64,000 bases of DNA from Longimicrobiales bacterium (GTDB lineage Bacteria; Gemmatimonadota; Gemmatimonadetes; Longimicrobiales; Gaopeijiaceae), in the NCBI GenBank assembly GCA_965202985.1, contig CBDBCF010000002.1, positions 352,001 through 416,000 of the forward strand, in the 5' to 3' direction. Position numbers and translations under genes: made by a program. The notes under the pieces are model-generated. The model had not been told where the DNA came from. It searched no databases and saw nothing but the letters and a program-made list of their open reading frames with translations. Positions 9,301-18,378 of this stretch are shown one piece after another; within the stretch, counting starts at the first letter, position 1, and every line of letters begins with the position of its first letter.

Positions 9301-12300
9301 GTGAAGGTGCGGGGCGACGACGCGGAGGAGGACGACGAGACGGTGGTGCTGGCGTTGAGCGGCGCGACGAACGCGGAGTTGGCGACTCGGACGGTACGGG
9401 GCACGATCGTGGACGACGACGAGGCGCCTCCGGCGCTGACGGTGCAGCGTTTCAACTTTCGCGGTTTGGCGGAGGGCGACAGCACGTACTACCTGAACGA
9501 GGTGGTGCGGTTGCGTGTGTTCTTCACGCAGCACATCACGGTGGACACGTCGGGCGGCGAGCCGTACGTGGACCTGACGATCGGCTCGACGACGCGGCGA
9601 GCCGCGTACAACTCTTCGCGGCAGAACTACCTGGGCTTCAGCTACCGGGTGCAGGCGGACGACTTGGACGACGACGGCGTGAGCGTTCCGGCGAACGGGT
9701 TGCAGCTGAACGGCGCGGTGGTCACGGCGAAGGACAACTCTGCGGTCGTCGCGGACCCGGCGCACGGTTTGGCGGAGGGCGGGCTGTCGCGCAAGGTGGA
9801 CGGCAGCCAGGTCCGGCCGCAGGGGCCGACGGTCTCCGCGGAAGGGGCGAGCGTGGCCGAGGGCGGTGCGGGCGCGGAGACGGATCTCGAGTTCGCGGTG
9901 CGGCTGTCGCCGGCGGCCGGGGCGCGCGTGACGGTGGACTATGCGGACGCGGGGAGCGGGACGGCGACGTCGGGCGAGGACTACGCGGCGATCGAGGGCG
10001 GGACGCTGACGTTCGAGCCTGGCGAAACGCTGAAGACGGTGTGGGTGAAGGTGCGGGGCGACGACGTGGTGGAGGACGACGAGACGGTGGTGCTGGCGTT
10101 GAGCGGCGCGACGAACGCGGAGTTGGCGACTCGGACGGTACGGGGCACGATCGTGGACGACGACGAGGCGCCGACGGTGGAACACATCGCGCTCCTGGGC
10201 TTGGCGGACGGCGACAGCACGTACTATCGGGGAGAGTCGGTGCGCGTGCGGATGCGTTTCTCGCAGCACATCACGGTCGACACGTCGGACGGCGAGCCCT
10301 ACGTGGACCTGATAGTCGGCTCGACGACCCGGCGGGCCGACTTGGTCGCGTGGAAGCTGAACCGGATCGACTTCCGGTACGTGGTGCAGGCGGCCGACTT
10401 CGACGCCGACGGCGTGAGCGTTCCGGCGAACAGCTTGACGCTGGACGGCGCGGTGGTCACGGCGAAGAACAACCCGGCGGTTGCCGTTGACCCGGCGCAC
10501 GGCGTGACGGAGGGCGGGCTGTCTCGCAAGGTGGACGGCAGCCAGGTCCGGCCGCAGGGGCCAACGGTCTCCGCGGAAGGGGCGAGCGTGGTCGAGGGTG
10601 GAGCGGGCGCCGAAACGGACCTCGAGTTTGCGGTGCGGCTGTCGCCGGCGGCTGGCGCGCGTGTGACGGTGGACTACTCGGACGCGGGCAACGGGACGGC
10701 GACGTCGGGCGAGGACTACGCGGCGATCGAGGGCGGGACGCTGACGTTCGAGCCTGGGGACACGTTGAAGACGGTGTGGGTGAAGGTGCGGGGCGACGAC
10801 GCGGAGGAGGACGACGAGACGGTGGTGCTGGCGTTGAGTGGCGCGACGAATGCGGAGTTGGCGACTCGGACGGTCAGAGGCACGATCGTGGACGACGACG
10901 AGGCGCCGCCGGCGCTGACGGTCAATCAGATCGTGTTCCGGGGCTTGGGCGCCAGCGACAGCACGTACTATCGGGGCGAGGTGGTGCGCGTGCGGGTGCG
11001 CTTCTCTCAGCACGTCACGGTGGACACGTCGGGCGGCGAGCCGTACGTGGACCTGACGATCGGCTCGACGACTCGGCGGGCCAACTTCGGCTCTTCGCGG
11101 CAGAACTACCTGGACTTCAGCTACCGCGTGCAGGCAGACGACTTCGACAGCGACGGCGTGAGCGTTCCGGCGAACAGCTTGACGCTGAACGGCGCGGTGG
11201 TCACGGCGAAGGACAACCCTGCGGTGGTCGCGGACCCGGCGCACGGTGTGGCGGAGGGCGGACTGTCGCGCAAGGTGGACGGCAGCCAAGTCCGGCCGCC
11301 GGGGCCGGCGGTCGCCCGGGTCGACTTCCGCGGCTTGGCGGAAGGCGACAGCACGTACTACCGGGGTGAAATCGTTCGGGTGCGGGTGTTCTTCACGCAG
11401 CGCATCGCGGTGGACGCTTCGGACGGCCTGCCGTCGGTGGACCTGACGGTCGGGGCAGAGACGCGGCAGGCGGTAATGGGTCCGAGGAGCTGGAACCAGA
11501 ACCGGCTGGAACTCCGCTACACGGTGCAGGAGGGCGACTACGACGCCGACGGCGTGAGCGTGCAGGCGAACAGCCTTGCGCTGAACGGCGCGGTGATCAC
11601 GGCGCAGAACGACGCTTCTGCCCGAGCGGATACGGCGCACGGCCCGGTCGATGGGGGCGTGTTGCGGAAGGTGGACGGCGGCCGGATCCGACCGCAGGGG
11701 CCGACGCTGTCGGCCGGCGGGGCGAGCGTGGTCGAGGGCGGGACGGATGTCGAGACGGAGCTGGAGTTCGAGGTGTGGCTTGGGCCGCCGGCCACGACGC
11801 GGGTCACGGTGGACTACGCGGACGCGGGCAGCGGCATGGCAACCTCGGGCGAGGACTACGCGGCGATTGAGGGCGGCACGCTGACCTTCGAGCCGGGCGA
11901 AACGCTGAAGACGGTGAGCGCGACCGTGCTAGGCGACGACGAACTGGAGGGGGACGAGACGCTGGTGCTGGCGTTGAGCGGCGCGGCGAACGCCGAGCTG
12001 GCGACTCGTAGCGTGACGGGCACGATCGTGGACGACGACGGGCCCCGGCCGACCGTGTCGATCGACCCCGTCTCCATCCACGAACGCGGACCCGAAGAGA
12101 CGGCCACGCTGTCCTTCACGGTGTCGATCAGCGCACCGACGGCAAGACAGGTCACGGTCCGGTACCGGGACGCCGGAACTGGCACGGCCACGCCCGGCGA
12201 CGACTACGATCCGGTCACGCCTGGCACGCTGGTGTTCGCGGCGGAGGACACGGCCCAGACGCTGAACGTGACGGTCCAGGGCGACGCGATGGACGAGCCT

Positions 12301-15300
12301 GCCGAGACGATCGTGCTCGCGCTGGCCAACGCCTTCAACGCCGATCTGCCGGTCGGCGGCGCGACCGGGGTCGGCACAATTGTGGACGACGACGACGCGC
12401 CGACGCTTTCGGCCGATTCGCCTTCGGTCGAGGAGGGCAACAGCGGCGGTCGTCGACTGACGTTCGCGCTTGCGCTGGATCGCCCGAGCGGCCACGGCTT
12501 GGCGGTGCACTACGCCGATGCGGACACGGGCACCGCGACATCGGGCGCCGACTACGAGGCGGTTTCGCCGGATACGCTCTTCTTCGAGCCGGGCGAGACA
12601 ACGAAGTCGATCAGCGTGATGGTTATGGGGGACACGCTCCAGGAGCGCGACGAGACGGTGGTCCTGCGGCTGTCTGCGCTTGATCCGGCGTTGGTCGCGA
12701 TCTCCGAGACGTTGATCACCGGCAGGATCCGAGACGACGACGGCGACGACTTGGTTCCCTCGTTCGGCGACGCTTCGATGCCGTCGCAACGCTGGATCCG
12801 GGCCTGCGAGATACCAACGTTGCAGCTGCCCCCGGCCGAGGGGGGCGACGCGCCTCTGACGTATGGGTTGGCGCCGGCCCCGCCACCGGGGCTGAAGTTC
12901 GACGCCGAGCGTCGCACGATCGCTGGCACGCCCATGCAGGAGCAGCCGCTCACCACCTACCGCTATACGGCGACGGACGAAGACGGGGATTCGGCGACCT
13001 TGAGCTTCGCGGCCCAGGTCGACCTGGCCGACTGCGTCTTCGAAGGAGGCGATGGACGGGACGCCGACGGGGACCCGCTTGCGGAGGACGACACAAGGAG
13101 CGAGGTACCGCCCACCGTCGACCAAGAGGACGGTGAAACGGAGCAGGCAACGCTGTCGGAAGCCGATGCGGACGGCAGCTTGACAACCGGACCGGCGGTT
13201 GGCGCCCAGTCGTCGACGCCGACGGTGAACCAGATCGTCATTGCGGGCTTGGCCGAGGGAGACAGCACGTACCATCGGGGCGAGATCGTGCGCGTGCGCG
13301 TGCACTTTACACCGCGCATCACGGTGGACGCGTCAGGCGGATTGCCGTACGTGGACCTGACCGTTGGCACGACGACACGGCGTGCCCAGATGGGTGCCAG
13401 GAGCTGGAACCAGAACCGGATCGAGTTCCGGTACACGGTGCAGGCGGACGACTTGGACAGCGACGGCGTGAGCGTTCCGGCGAACAGCTTGAAGCTGAAC
13501 GGCGCGACGGTCGTGGCGCAGAGCGACACTACGGTTCACGCGAACGTTGCCCACGACTCGGCGGCGGGCGGTCTGTCGCGCAAGGTGGACGGCAGCAAGT
13601 ACCGGCCGCCGGAAGTGACCGGCGTGACGTTCAGCAACTCGCCGGCCAGCGGGAACACCTACGGGTACGGCGAGCAGATCGAGGCCACCGTCGCCGTCAA
13701 TCACCGCGTCCAGGTGACCACGACGGGGGGTACGCCGACCTTGGCGTTGACGATCGGCGCGCACACCCGGCAAGCGACGCTGACCAGGGCAGGTAGGCGG
13801 AACCGCCTGACGTTCTCGTACACCGTGCAGTCGGCGGACCTTGCTCCGACGGGCGTGAGCATCGCGGCCAACGCCTTGAGCTTGAACGGCGGCAAGATCA
13901 CGCATGACGCGGACACCGCCACGCATGCGGTCCTCGCCCACGGTGCCGTAGCGGCCGACACGACCCGCAAGGTGAGCGGCCGGCAGGGGCGTCCGCCGAA
14001 GGTCGAAGGGATCGCGTTCGGCGCTGCGCCGAAGGACAGTGTGTACTGGCGTGGCGACACGATTGCGGTTCGTGTGGGGTTCGACGACTCGGTTGCGGTG
14101 AACACGGCGGGCGGCAAGCCGCAGGTGGCGCTGACGATCGGCGCGGCGACCAGACAGGCGACGTTCTCGGCGCACGCCGGCAAGGCGTTGGAGTTCGCGT
14201 ATGTGGTGCAGGCGGCGGACCGGGACTCGGACGGCGTGAGCATCGCGGCGAACGCGCTGGCGCTGAACGGCGCGACGATCAGGGGAGTCGGCGCCGCGTC
14301 CGCACGCGACGCCGACGTGACGCATCCGTTGGTGGAGGCGAGCGCGGCGCGGACGGTGGACGGGAGCAAGGTGCGGGCGCCGGCGGTCCGCGGCGTAGCG
14401 TTCGCGGGCTCGGTGCCCGAGGGAGGCACGTACCACTACGACGCCGAGGTGCGTGTCGAGGTCCTCTTCGACCGGAGCGTGGTGGTGAACGTTGCGGGTG
14501 GGAGTCCTCGGCTCGCGCTTGCGGTGGGGGCGCAGCAGCGGCACGCGGCGTTCGTGCCTTCGGCGAGCACCACCACGGCGCTGGTGTTCGCGTACCGCGT
14601 GCAGTCGGCGGACGTAGATTCGGACGGCGCGAGCGTCGGTGCGAACGCGCTGGACCTGAACGGCGGCGCGATCAAGGCGGCAGCGGACAGCACGGTGTCG
14701 GCGAACGTGACGCACGACGCTTTGGCGTCCGACCTGACGAGGAAAGTGGACGGGCGGCCGCGGATCACGGGCCTGAAGTTGTTTCGCCGGGGGGGTTCGC
14801 CGCCGCCGCGAGGGGTGCACGGGTACCAGGAACGGCTGGGGGTTCTGGCGCGCTTCGATCAGCAGTTGATATTGCGGAAGAGGGTGCACCTGTCGCTCGA
14901 GGTGGGCGCGGACACGGTGCAGCTGCGGTCGCGCTCGAATCTGCGGGAGAAGGGGAGCGCGGTAGCGTTTTTCTACGACGTGACGCGCGATGCGGTGGAC
15001 ACGGACGGCGTGAGTGTGCCGAAGGGAGCGTTGCAGTTGAGCGGCGGGTGGTTGCGGGCGGCGTCGGACGGGGTGACGAACGCGCGGCTGGAACATGACG
15101 AGCTTCCTGCGGACAGCAGCTGGCGGGTGAACGGGAGTCTGACGCCGGTGCCACGGCCGGCTGTGAGCGTCCACGACTTTCCGGCAGTTGGGAGCACGTA
15201 CACGCGGCACGAGCATATCCGCCTCGGGGTGTCGTACTCGGCGGAGGTGGTGGTGACGGGCACGCCGGAGCTGACGTTGAACCTGGGGACGGGGACGCGG

Positions 15301-18300
15301 CGCGTGCCGGCGGTCCGTTCCACGCTCCATGAGTTGTTCTTCGAGTACGTGGTGCAGGCGGGAGACTTGGACGGAGACGGGATCAGCGTGCCGGCGAACG
15401 CGTTGTCGTTGCCGAGCGGCGCGACGGTCCGGTCGGCTGCGGACACGAGCCTCGTGACGTCGCTGACGCACGACTCCGTGCCGACGAGCGCGTCGCACAA
15501 GGTGGACGGGAGCCGAGTGGCGGCAGCGGAGGTGCGGTGGGTGTCGATCAATCCGCCGCCGTCGGCCGACAGCACGTACACTCGGGGCGAGACGTTCTAC
15601 GTGAACGTGATCTTCGACCGCGCCGTCGCGGTGGACACGACGGGCGGCCGGCCGCGGATCGCGCTCGAGATCGGGGACTCGACCCGGTACGCGATGTACT
15701 CGCACGCCCACAGCTTTGGGCCGACGAACCAAGTGTTCGATTTCGTGGTGCAGGCGGGGGACGTGGACACGGACGGGCTGAGCATCGCGGCGAACGCGCT
15801 GGAGCTGAACGGCGGCACGATCACGGCACCGGACGACACGGTGTCGGCCGACCTGTCGCACGATGCGCTGACGCTGGGTTCGCCGTACAAGGTGAACGGC
15901 GACCGGTCGGACGCTCCGCACGCGCGCTGGATGTGGTTCCATGCTCCTGCGAGCGGGGACACGTTCCTGCGCGACGATCGGGTTGTGCTGACGGTGACGT
16001 TCGACCGCCCGACGGCGGTGGACACGGTCGGAGGACGGCCGCGCGTCGCGTTGCAGGTCGGCGACTCGACGCGGCACGCGACGTACATCGGTCATCCGCG
16101 CACAGGGACGAGCTTCAATTTCGAGTACGTGGTGCAGGCGGGCGACGTGGACGCGGACGGGCTCAGCATCCCGGCGAACGCACTGGGGCTGAACGGCGGC
16201 TCATTCACGCTGCCGGGGACCACGACGGCGGCCGTCCTGACGCACGACTCGTTGCCGACGAGCGCGGCGCACAAGGTGGACGGGAGCCGGACGTCCGGCG
16301 ACGCCGAGCCGGAGGAGAATCGGCCGCCGGAAGTCGTGTCGGCGATCGCGCCCATGACGATCGAGGTGGCAAGCCCGGCGGCGGTCGTCGACCTGTCGGC
16401 GCACTTCCGCGACCCGGACGGCGACGAACTCGGCTACTCCGCCGTCTCGGCAGCGCCGCGCTCGGTGCGGGCGGACGTGACGGGCGGCACCTTGACGGTC
16501 GTGCCGCTGGCGGTGGGCGAGTCGCTGGTGACGGTGCGGGCGGCGGACCCCGACGGTGCGGAGGCGGAGCAGAGCTTCATGGTGACGGTCGAGGCGTCGC
16601 GTGCGGACCGCGCCCGGATCATGAAGCGTTCGCTGGCCGCGTTCGGCCGTGCCGTCGGGACCGAGACGGTGGAAGCGATCGGCGGGCGGCTGGGCGCGGC
16701 GGACGACGGTCCCGGCGCAGCGGCGGGCGAGGCGCATCTCCAAGTCGGCGGCCGGTTGCTGTCGTGCGTGGGCGCCGGCGAACGCTGCGGCTTGGGGGAG
16801 CTGGCTCGGCAGGCCGCCGGTGTGCTCGGCTTGCGGGCGTCGCAGGGCGCGGGCAGCCTGGCGTCGGTGCTGTGGGCGGCCGCGAAGGGGAGCCACGACG
16901 CGGGCGCGCTGCGCGGGCTGGCCGGCGCCTTCGGACGACCAGGCGAGACCGGTGCAACGGCCGGCTTCGGCACGTCCGGCAGCTTCGGCCCGACGGCGAA
17001 CCTCGGTCCAACGGCGCACCTCGGCTCGGCGGCCGGCTACGGCGCCGGCGGCTTCGGCGCAACGGCCGACGGGGCGGCTGCCCCCGACGCCCGCTTTGCC
17101 GGCCCGCGCGGCGGCCGCGCCGGCTGGGGGCGGCTGGTCAGCGTGGACCCCGTGTCGCGCGAGGAGTTGCTGGCGCGTTCGTCGTTCCGGTTCTCGCCGG
17201 GCACCGGCCGGCGGGCGACGCCCGGCGGCTGGACGTTCTGGGGCCAAGCCAACGCCGGCGGATTCAAGGGCCGGCCCGAAGACGACCTCGCGCTCGACGG
17301 CACGGTCCGCTCGGCATACCTGGGCGCCGACTACCGGTTCGGAACGGGGCCGCTGGTCGGCTTGGCGCTGTCGCGCACGACCAGCTCGATCGGCTTCGAG
17401 AGCGGGGTCAACGGCACGGGCGCCGTGGACGCCCGCCTGACCAGCTTGTACCCGTACGCGCAGTGGTCGCCGCACGCCGGGTTGAGCCTGTGGGGGCTGG
17501 TCGGCGCGGGCCGCGGCACGGCCAAGCTGTCGGAGGACGCGACGGGCCGCGACTTCGCGACGAACATCGGGATGGCGATGACGGCGGCGGGCGTGCGCCA
17601 GCGGCTGACGGGGGTGCTGGCCGTCAAGGCGGACGCCTTCGCGGTGCGCACCGACGCCGAGGAGGTCCGGGGGCTGGCGGGCGTGGTGGCCAACGTCCAG
17701 CGGTTGCGCTTGGCGTCGGAGGTCGGAGGCCGCTGGGGCTTGTCGGGCGGGTCCGCGATCACGTCGCGGGTCGAGCTGGGCGCTCGGTTCGACGGCGGCG
17801 ACGCGGAGACGGGGGCGGGCGCGGAGGCGGGCGCGGGGCTCGGCTACGTGCACGACGGCATCGGGTTGAGCGTGGACGCGCAAGGCCGGGCGCTGGTGGC
17901 GCACCAGGCGTCGTCGTTGCGGGAGTGGGGTGCGAGCGTCGCGGTCCGTCTCCAACCGAGTCGCGAAGCGGGAGGCTTGTCGTTCACCGTCGAGCCGACC
18001 TGGGGCAACGCGGCGAGCGGCATGGCGATGCTGTGGCGCGACGGACCGACGGGCGGCACGGGCGCGGGCGGCGCGGCCCTGGGTGCCTCGTCCGCGTGGC
18101 AAGCCGGTGGCGGGCCGCTTGCGGGCGGGCGCGCCGGAGCGAGCGCGGGCCGTCTCCGGATGGAGATGGACTACGGAATCGTGTTGCCGGACGGGGGCCG
18201 CGTGGCGCCGTTTGGGCGGTGGGCGGCCGAGAGCGGTTCGGCGCGCCGGCTGAACGTGGGAGTTCGGCTGTCAGTGCTGGCGGCGGCGACGCTCGACCTG

Positions 18301-18378
18301 TTCGGCGAGCAGGTGTCGGGCGGCGCACAGCCCGCCGATCGCCGGCTCGGCCTGCAGGGAGCCGTTCGGTTCAGGTGA
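6304..18378 (+). CDS. Giant (4024 aa) repetitive surface adhesin: Ig-like 'KVDG' repeats, Calx-beta domains, He_PIG/cadherin-like domains, C-terminal autotransporter-like beta-barrel
   Basis: Signal peptide (AEAQA); Calx-beta GTATSGEDY..GTLTFEPGET.K...DDETVVLAL...GTIVDDD; barrel region WTFWGQ..YLGADYR..YPYAQW; ends in VRFR. Confidence 0.85.
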   Translation: MATPVTKAGSDVRDSAPPLVGRAWTGLAVPFLLVLIGGLPSGGAEAQALTVQRFNFRGLAEGDSTYYLNEVVRLRVFFTQHITVDTSGGEPYVDLTIGSTTRRAAYNSSRQNYLGFSYRVQADDLDDDGVSVPANGLTLNGAVVTAKNNPAVVADPAHGLAEGGLSRKVDGSQVRPPDPTLSAVGASVAEGGAGAETDLEFAVRLSPAAGARVTVDYSDAGSGTATSGEDYAAIEGGTLTFEPGETLKTVWVKVRGDDVVEDDETVVLALSGATNAELATRTVRGTIVDDDEAPPALTVERIDFRDAPGGDSTYYRGEIVRVRVFFSQRIAVDASGGLPSVDLTVGTETRRAVMGSRSWNQNRLELRYTVQEGDYDADGVSVQANSLALNGAVVTAQNDASVRAETAHGAADGGAAHKVDGSQVRPPDPTLSAVGASVAEGGAGAETDLEFAVRLSPAAGARVTVDYSDAGSGTATSGEDYAAIEGGTLTFEPGDTLKTVWVKVRGDDAEEDDETVVLALSGATNAELATRTVRGTIVDDDEAPPALTVQRFNFRGLAEGDSTYYLNEVVRLRVFFTQHITVDTSGGEPYVDLTIGSTTRRAAYNSSRQNYLGFSYRVQADDLDDDGVSVPANGLQLNGAVVTAKDNSAVVADPAHGLAEGGLSRKVDGSQVRPQGPTVSAEGASVAEGGAGAETDLEFAVRLSPAAGARVTVDYSDAGSGTATSGEDYAAIEGGTLTFEPGETLKTVWVKVRGDDVVEDDETVVLALSGATNAELATRTVRGTIVDDDEAPPALTVERIDFRDAPGGDSTYYRGEIVRVRVFFSQRIAVDASGGLPSVDLTVGTETRRAVMGSRSWNQNRLELRYTVQEGDYDADGVSVQANSLALNGAVVTAQNDASVRAETAHGAADGGAAHKVDGSQVRPPDPTLSAVGASVAEGGAGAETDLEFAVRLSPAAGARVTVDYSDAGSGTATSGEDYAAIEGGTLTFEPGDTLKTVWVKVRGDDAEEDDETVVLALSGATNAELATRTVRGTIVDDDEAPPALTVQRFNFRGLAEGDSTYYLNEVVRLRVFFTQHITVDTSGGEPYVDLTIGSTTRRAAYNSSRQNYLGFSYRVQADDLDDDGVSVPANGLQLNGAVVTAKDNSAVVADPAHGLAEGGLSRKVDGSQVRPQGPTVSAEGASVAEGGAGAETDLEFAVRLSPAAGARVTVDYADAGSGTATSGEDYAAIEGGTLTFEPGETLKTVWVKVRGDDVVEDDETVVLALSGATNAELATRTVRGTIVDDDEAPTVEHIALLGLADGDSTYYRGESVRVRMRFSQHITVDTSDGEPYVDLIVGSTTRRADLVAWKLNRIDFRYVVQAADFDADGVSVPANSLTLDGAVVTAKNNPAVAVDPAHGVTEGGLSRKVDGSQVRPQGPTVSAEGASVVEGGAGAETDLEFAVRLSPAAGARVTVDYSDAGNGTATSGEDYAAIEGGTLTFEPGDTLKTVWVKVRGDDAEEDDETVVLALSGATNAELATRTVRGTIVDDDEAPPALTVNQIVFRGLGASDSTYYRGEVVRVRVRFSQHVTVDTSGGEPYVDLTIGSTTRRANFGSSRQNYLDFSYRVQADDFDSDGVSVPANSLTLNGAVVTAKDNPAVVADPAHGVAEGGLSRKVDGSQVRPPGPAVARVDFRGLAEGDSTYYRGEIVRVRVFFTQRIAVDASDGLPSVDLTVGAETRQAVMGPRSWNQNRLELRYTVQEGDYDADGVSVQANSLALNGAVITAQNDASARADTAHGPVDGGVLRKVDGGRIRPQGPTLSAGGASVVEGGTDVETELEFEVWLGPPATTRVTVDYADAGSGMATSGEDYAAIEGGTLTFEPGETLKTVSATVLGDDELEGDETLVLALSGAANAELATRSVTGTIVDDDGPRPTVSIDPVSIHERGPEETATLSFTVSISAPTARQVTVRYRDAGTGTATPGDDYDPVTPGTLVFAAEDTAQTLNVTVQGDAMDEPAETIVLALANAFNADLPVGGATGVGTIVDDDDAPTLSADSPSVEEGNSGGRRLTFALALDRPSGHGLAVHYADADTGTATSGADYEAVSPDTLFFEPGETTKSISVMVMGDTLQERDETVVLRLSALDPALVAISETLITGRIRDDDGDDLVPSFGDASMPSQRWIRACEIPTLQLPPAEGGDAPLTYGLAPAPPPGLKFDAERRTIAGTPMQEQPLTTYRYTATDEDGDSATLSFAAQVDLADCVFEGGDGRDADGDPLAEDDTRSEVPPTVDQEDGETEQATLSEADADGSLTTGPAVGAQSSTPTVNQIVIAGLAEGDSTYHRGEIVRVRVHFTPRITVDASGGLPYVDLTVGTTTRRAQMGARSWNQNRIEFRYTVQADDLDSDGVSVPANSLKLNGATVVAQSDTTVHANVAHDSAAGGLSRKVDGSKYRPPEVTGVTFSNSPASGNTYGYGEQIEATVAVNHRVQVTTTGGTPTLALTIGAHTRQATLTRAGRRNRLTFSYTVQSADLAPTGVSIAANALSLNGGKITHDADTATHAVLAHGAVAADTTRKVSGRQGRPPKVEGIAFGAAPKDSVYWRGDTIAVRVGFDDSVAVNTAGGKPQVALTIGAATRQATFSAHAGKALEFAYVVQAADRDSDGVSIAANALALNGATIRGVGAASARDADVTHPLVEASAARTVDGSKVRAPAVRGVAFAGSVPEGGTYHYDAEVRVEVLFDRSVVVNVAGGSPRLALAVGAQQRHAAFVPSASTTTALVFAYRVQSADVDSDGASVGANALDLNGGAIKAAADSTVSANVTHDALASDLTRKVDGRPRITGLKLFRRGGSPPPRGVHGYQERLGVLARFDQQLILRKRVHLSLEVGADTVQLRSRSNLREKGSAVAFFYDVTRDAVDTDGVSVPKGALQLSGGWLRAASDGVTNARLEHDELPADSSWRVNGSLTPVPRPAVSVHDFPAVGSTYTRHEHIRLGVSYSAEVVVTGTPELTLNLGTGTRRVPAVRSTLHELFFEYVVQAGDLDGDGISVPANALSLPSGATVRSAADTSLVTSLTHDSVPTSASHKVDGSRVAAAEVRWVSINPPPSADSTYTRGETFYVNVIFDRAVAVDTTGGRPRIALEIGDSTRYAMYSHAHSFGPTNQVFDFVVQAGDVDTDGLSIAANALELNGGTITAPDDTVSADLSHDALTLGSPYKVNGDRSDAPHARWMWFHAPASGDTFLRDDRVVLTVTFDRPTAVDTVGGRPRVALQVGDSTRHATYIGHPRTGTSFNFEYVVQAGDVDADGLSIPANALGLNGGSFTLPGTTTAAVLTHDSLPTSAAHKVDGSRTSGDAEPEENRPPEVVSAIAPMTIEVASPAAVVDLSAHFRDPDGDELGYSAVSAAPRSVRADVTGGTLTVVPLAVGESLVTVRAADPDGAEAEQSFMVTVEASRADRARIMKRSLAAFGRAVGTETVEAIGGRLGAADDGPGAAAGEAHLQVGGRLLSCVGAGERCGLGELARQAAGVLGLRASQGAGSLASVLWAAAKGSHDAGALRGLAGAFGRPGETGATAGFGTSGSFGPTANLGPTAHLGSAAGYGAGGFGATADGAAAPDARFAGPRGGRAGWGRLVSVDPVSREELLARSSFRFSPGTGRRATPGGWTFWGQANAGGFKGRPEDDLALDGTVRSAYLGADYRFGTGPLVGLALSRTTSSIGFESGVNGTGAVDARLTSLYPYAQWSPHAGLSLWGLVGAGRGTAKLSEDATGRDFATNIGMAMTAAGVRQRLTGVLAVKADAFAVRTDAEEVRGLAGVVANVQRLRLASEVGGRWGLSGGSAITSRVELGARFDGGDAETGAGAEAGAGLGYVHDGIGLSVDAQGRALVAHQASSLREWGASVAVRLQPSREAGGLSFTVEPTWGNAASGMAMLWRDGPTGGTGAGGAALGASSAWQAGGGPLAGGRAGASAGRLRMEMDYGIVLPDGGRVAPFGRWAAESGSARRLNVGVRLSVLAAATLDLFGEQVSGGAQPADRRLGLQGAVRFR
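6445..10170 (+). repeat. About 2.5 near-identical tandem copies of a 1494-bp unit (498 aa) inside the adhesin
   Basis: CTGACGGTGCAGCGTTTCAAC recurs at 6448, 7942 and 9436 (spacing 1494). Confidence 0.92.
16963..17067 (+). repeat. Degenerate 18-bp (hexapeptide) repeat encoding GFGTSG-SFGPTA-NLGPTA-HLGSAA-GYGAG-GFGATA
   Basis: Periodic ggcttcggc/agcttcggc/aacctcggt/cacctcggc/ggctacggc. Confidence 0.65.

Noticed and set aside
6445..10170. Repeats as CRISPR array or DGR template/variable pair
   Set aside because: Units are in-frame protein domains of ~750/1494 bp with no unique spacers. Differences are not adenine-specific, and there is no cas or reverse transcriptase gene.
6418..16095. Very long antisense ORFs (1740, 920, 458 aa) opposite the adhesin, and similar shadow ORFs across the window
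   Set aside because: Arg/Val/His-rich mirror translations expected from high GC and codon bias; no recognisable motifs.
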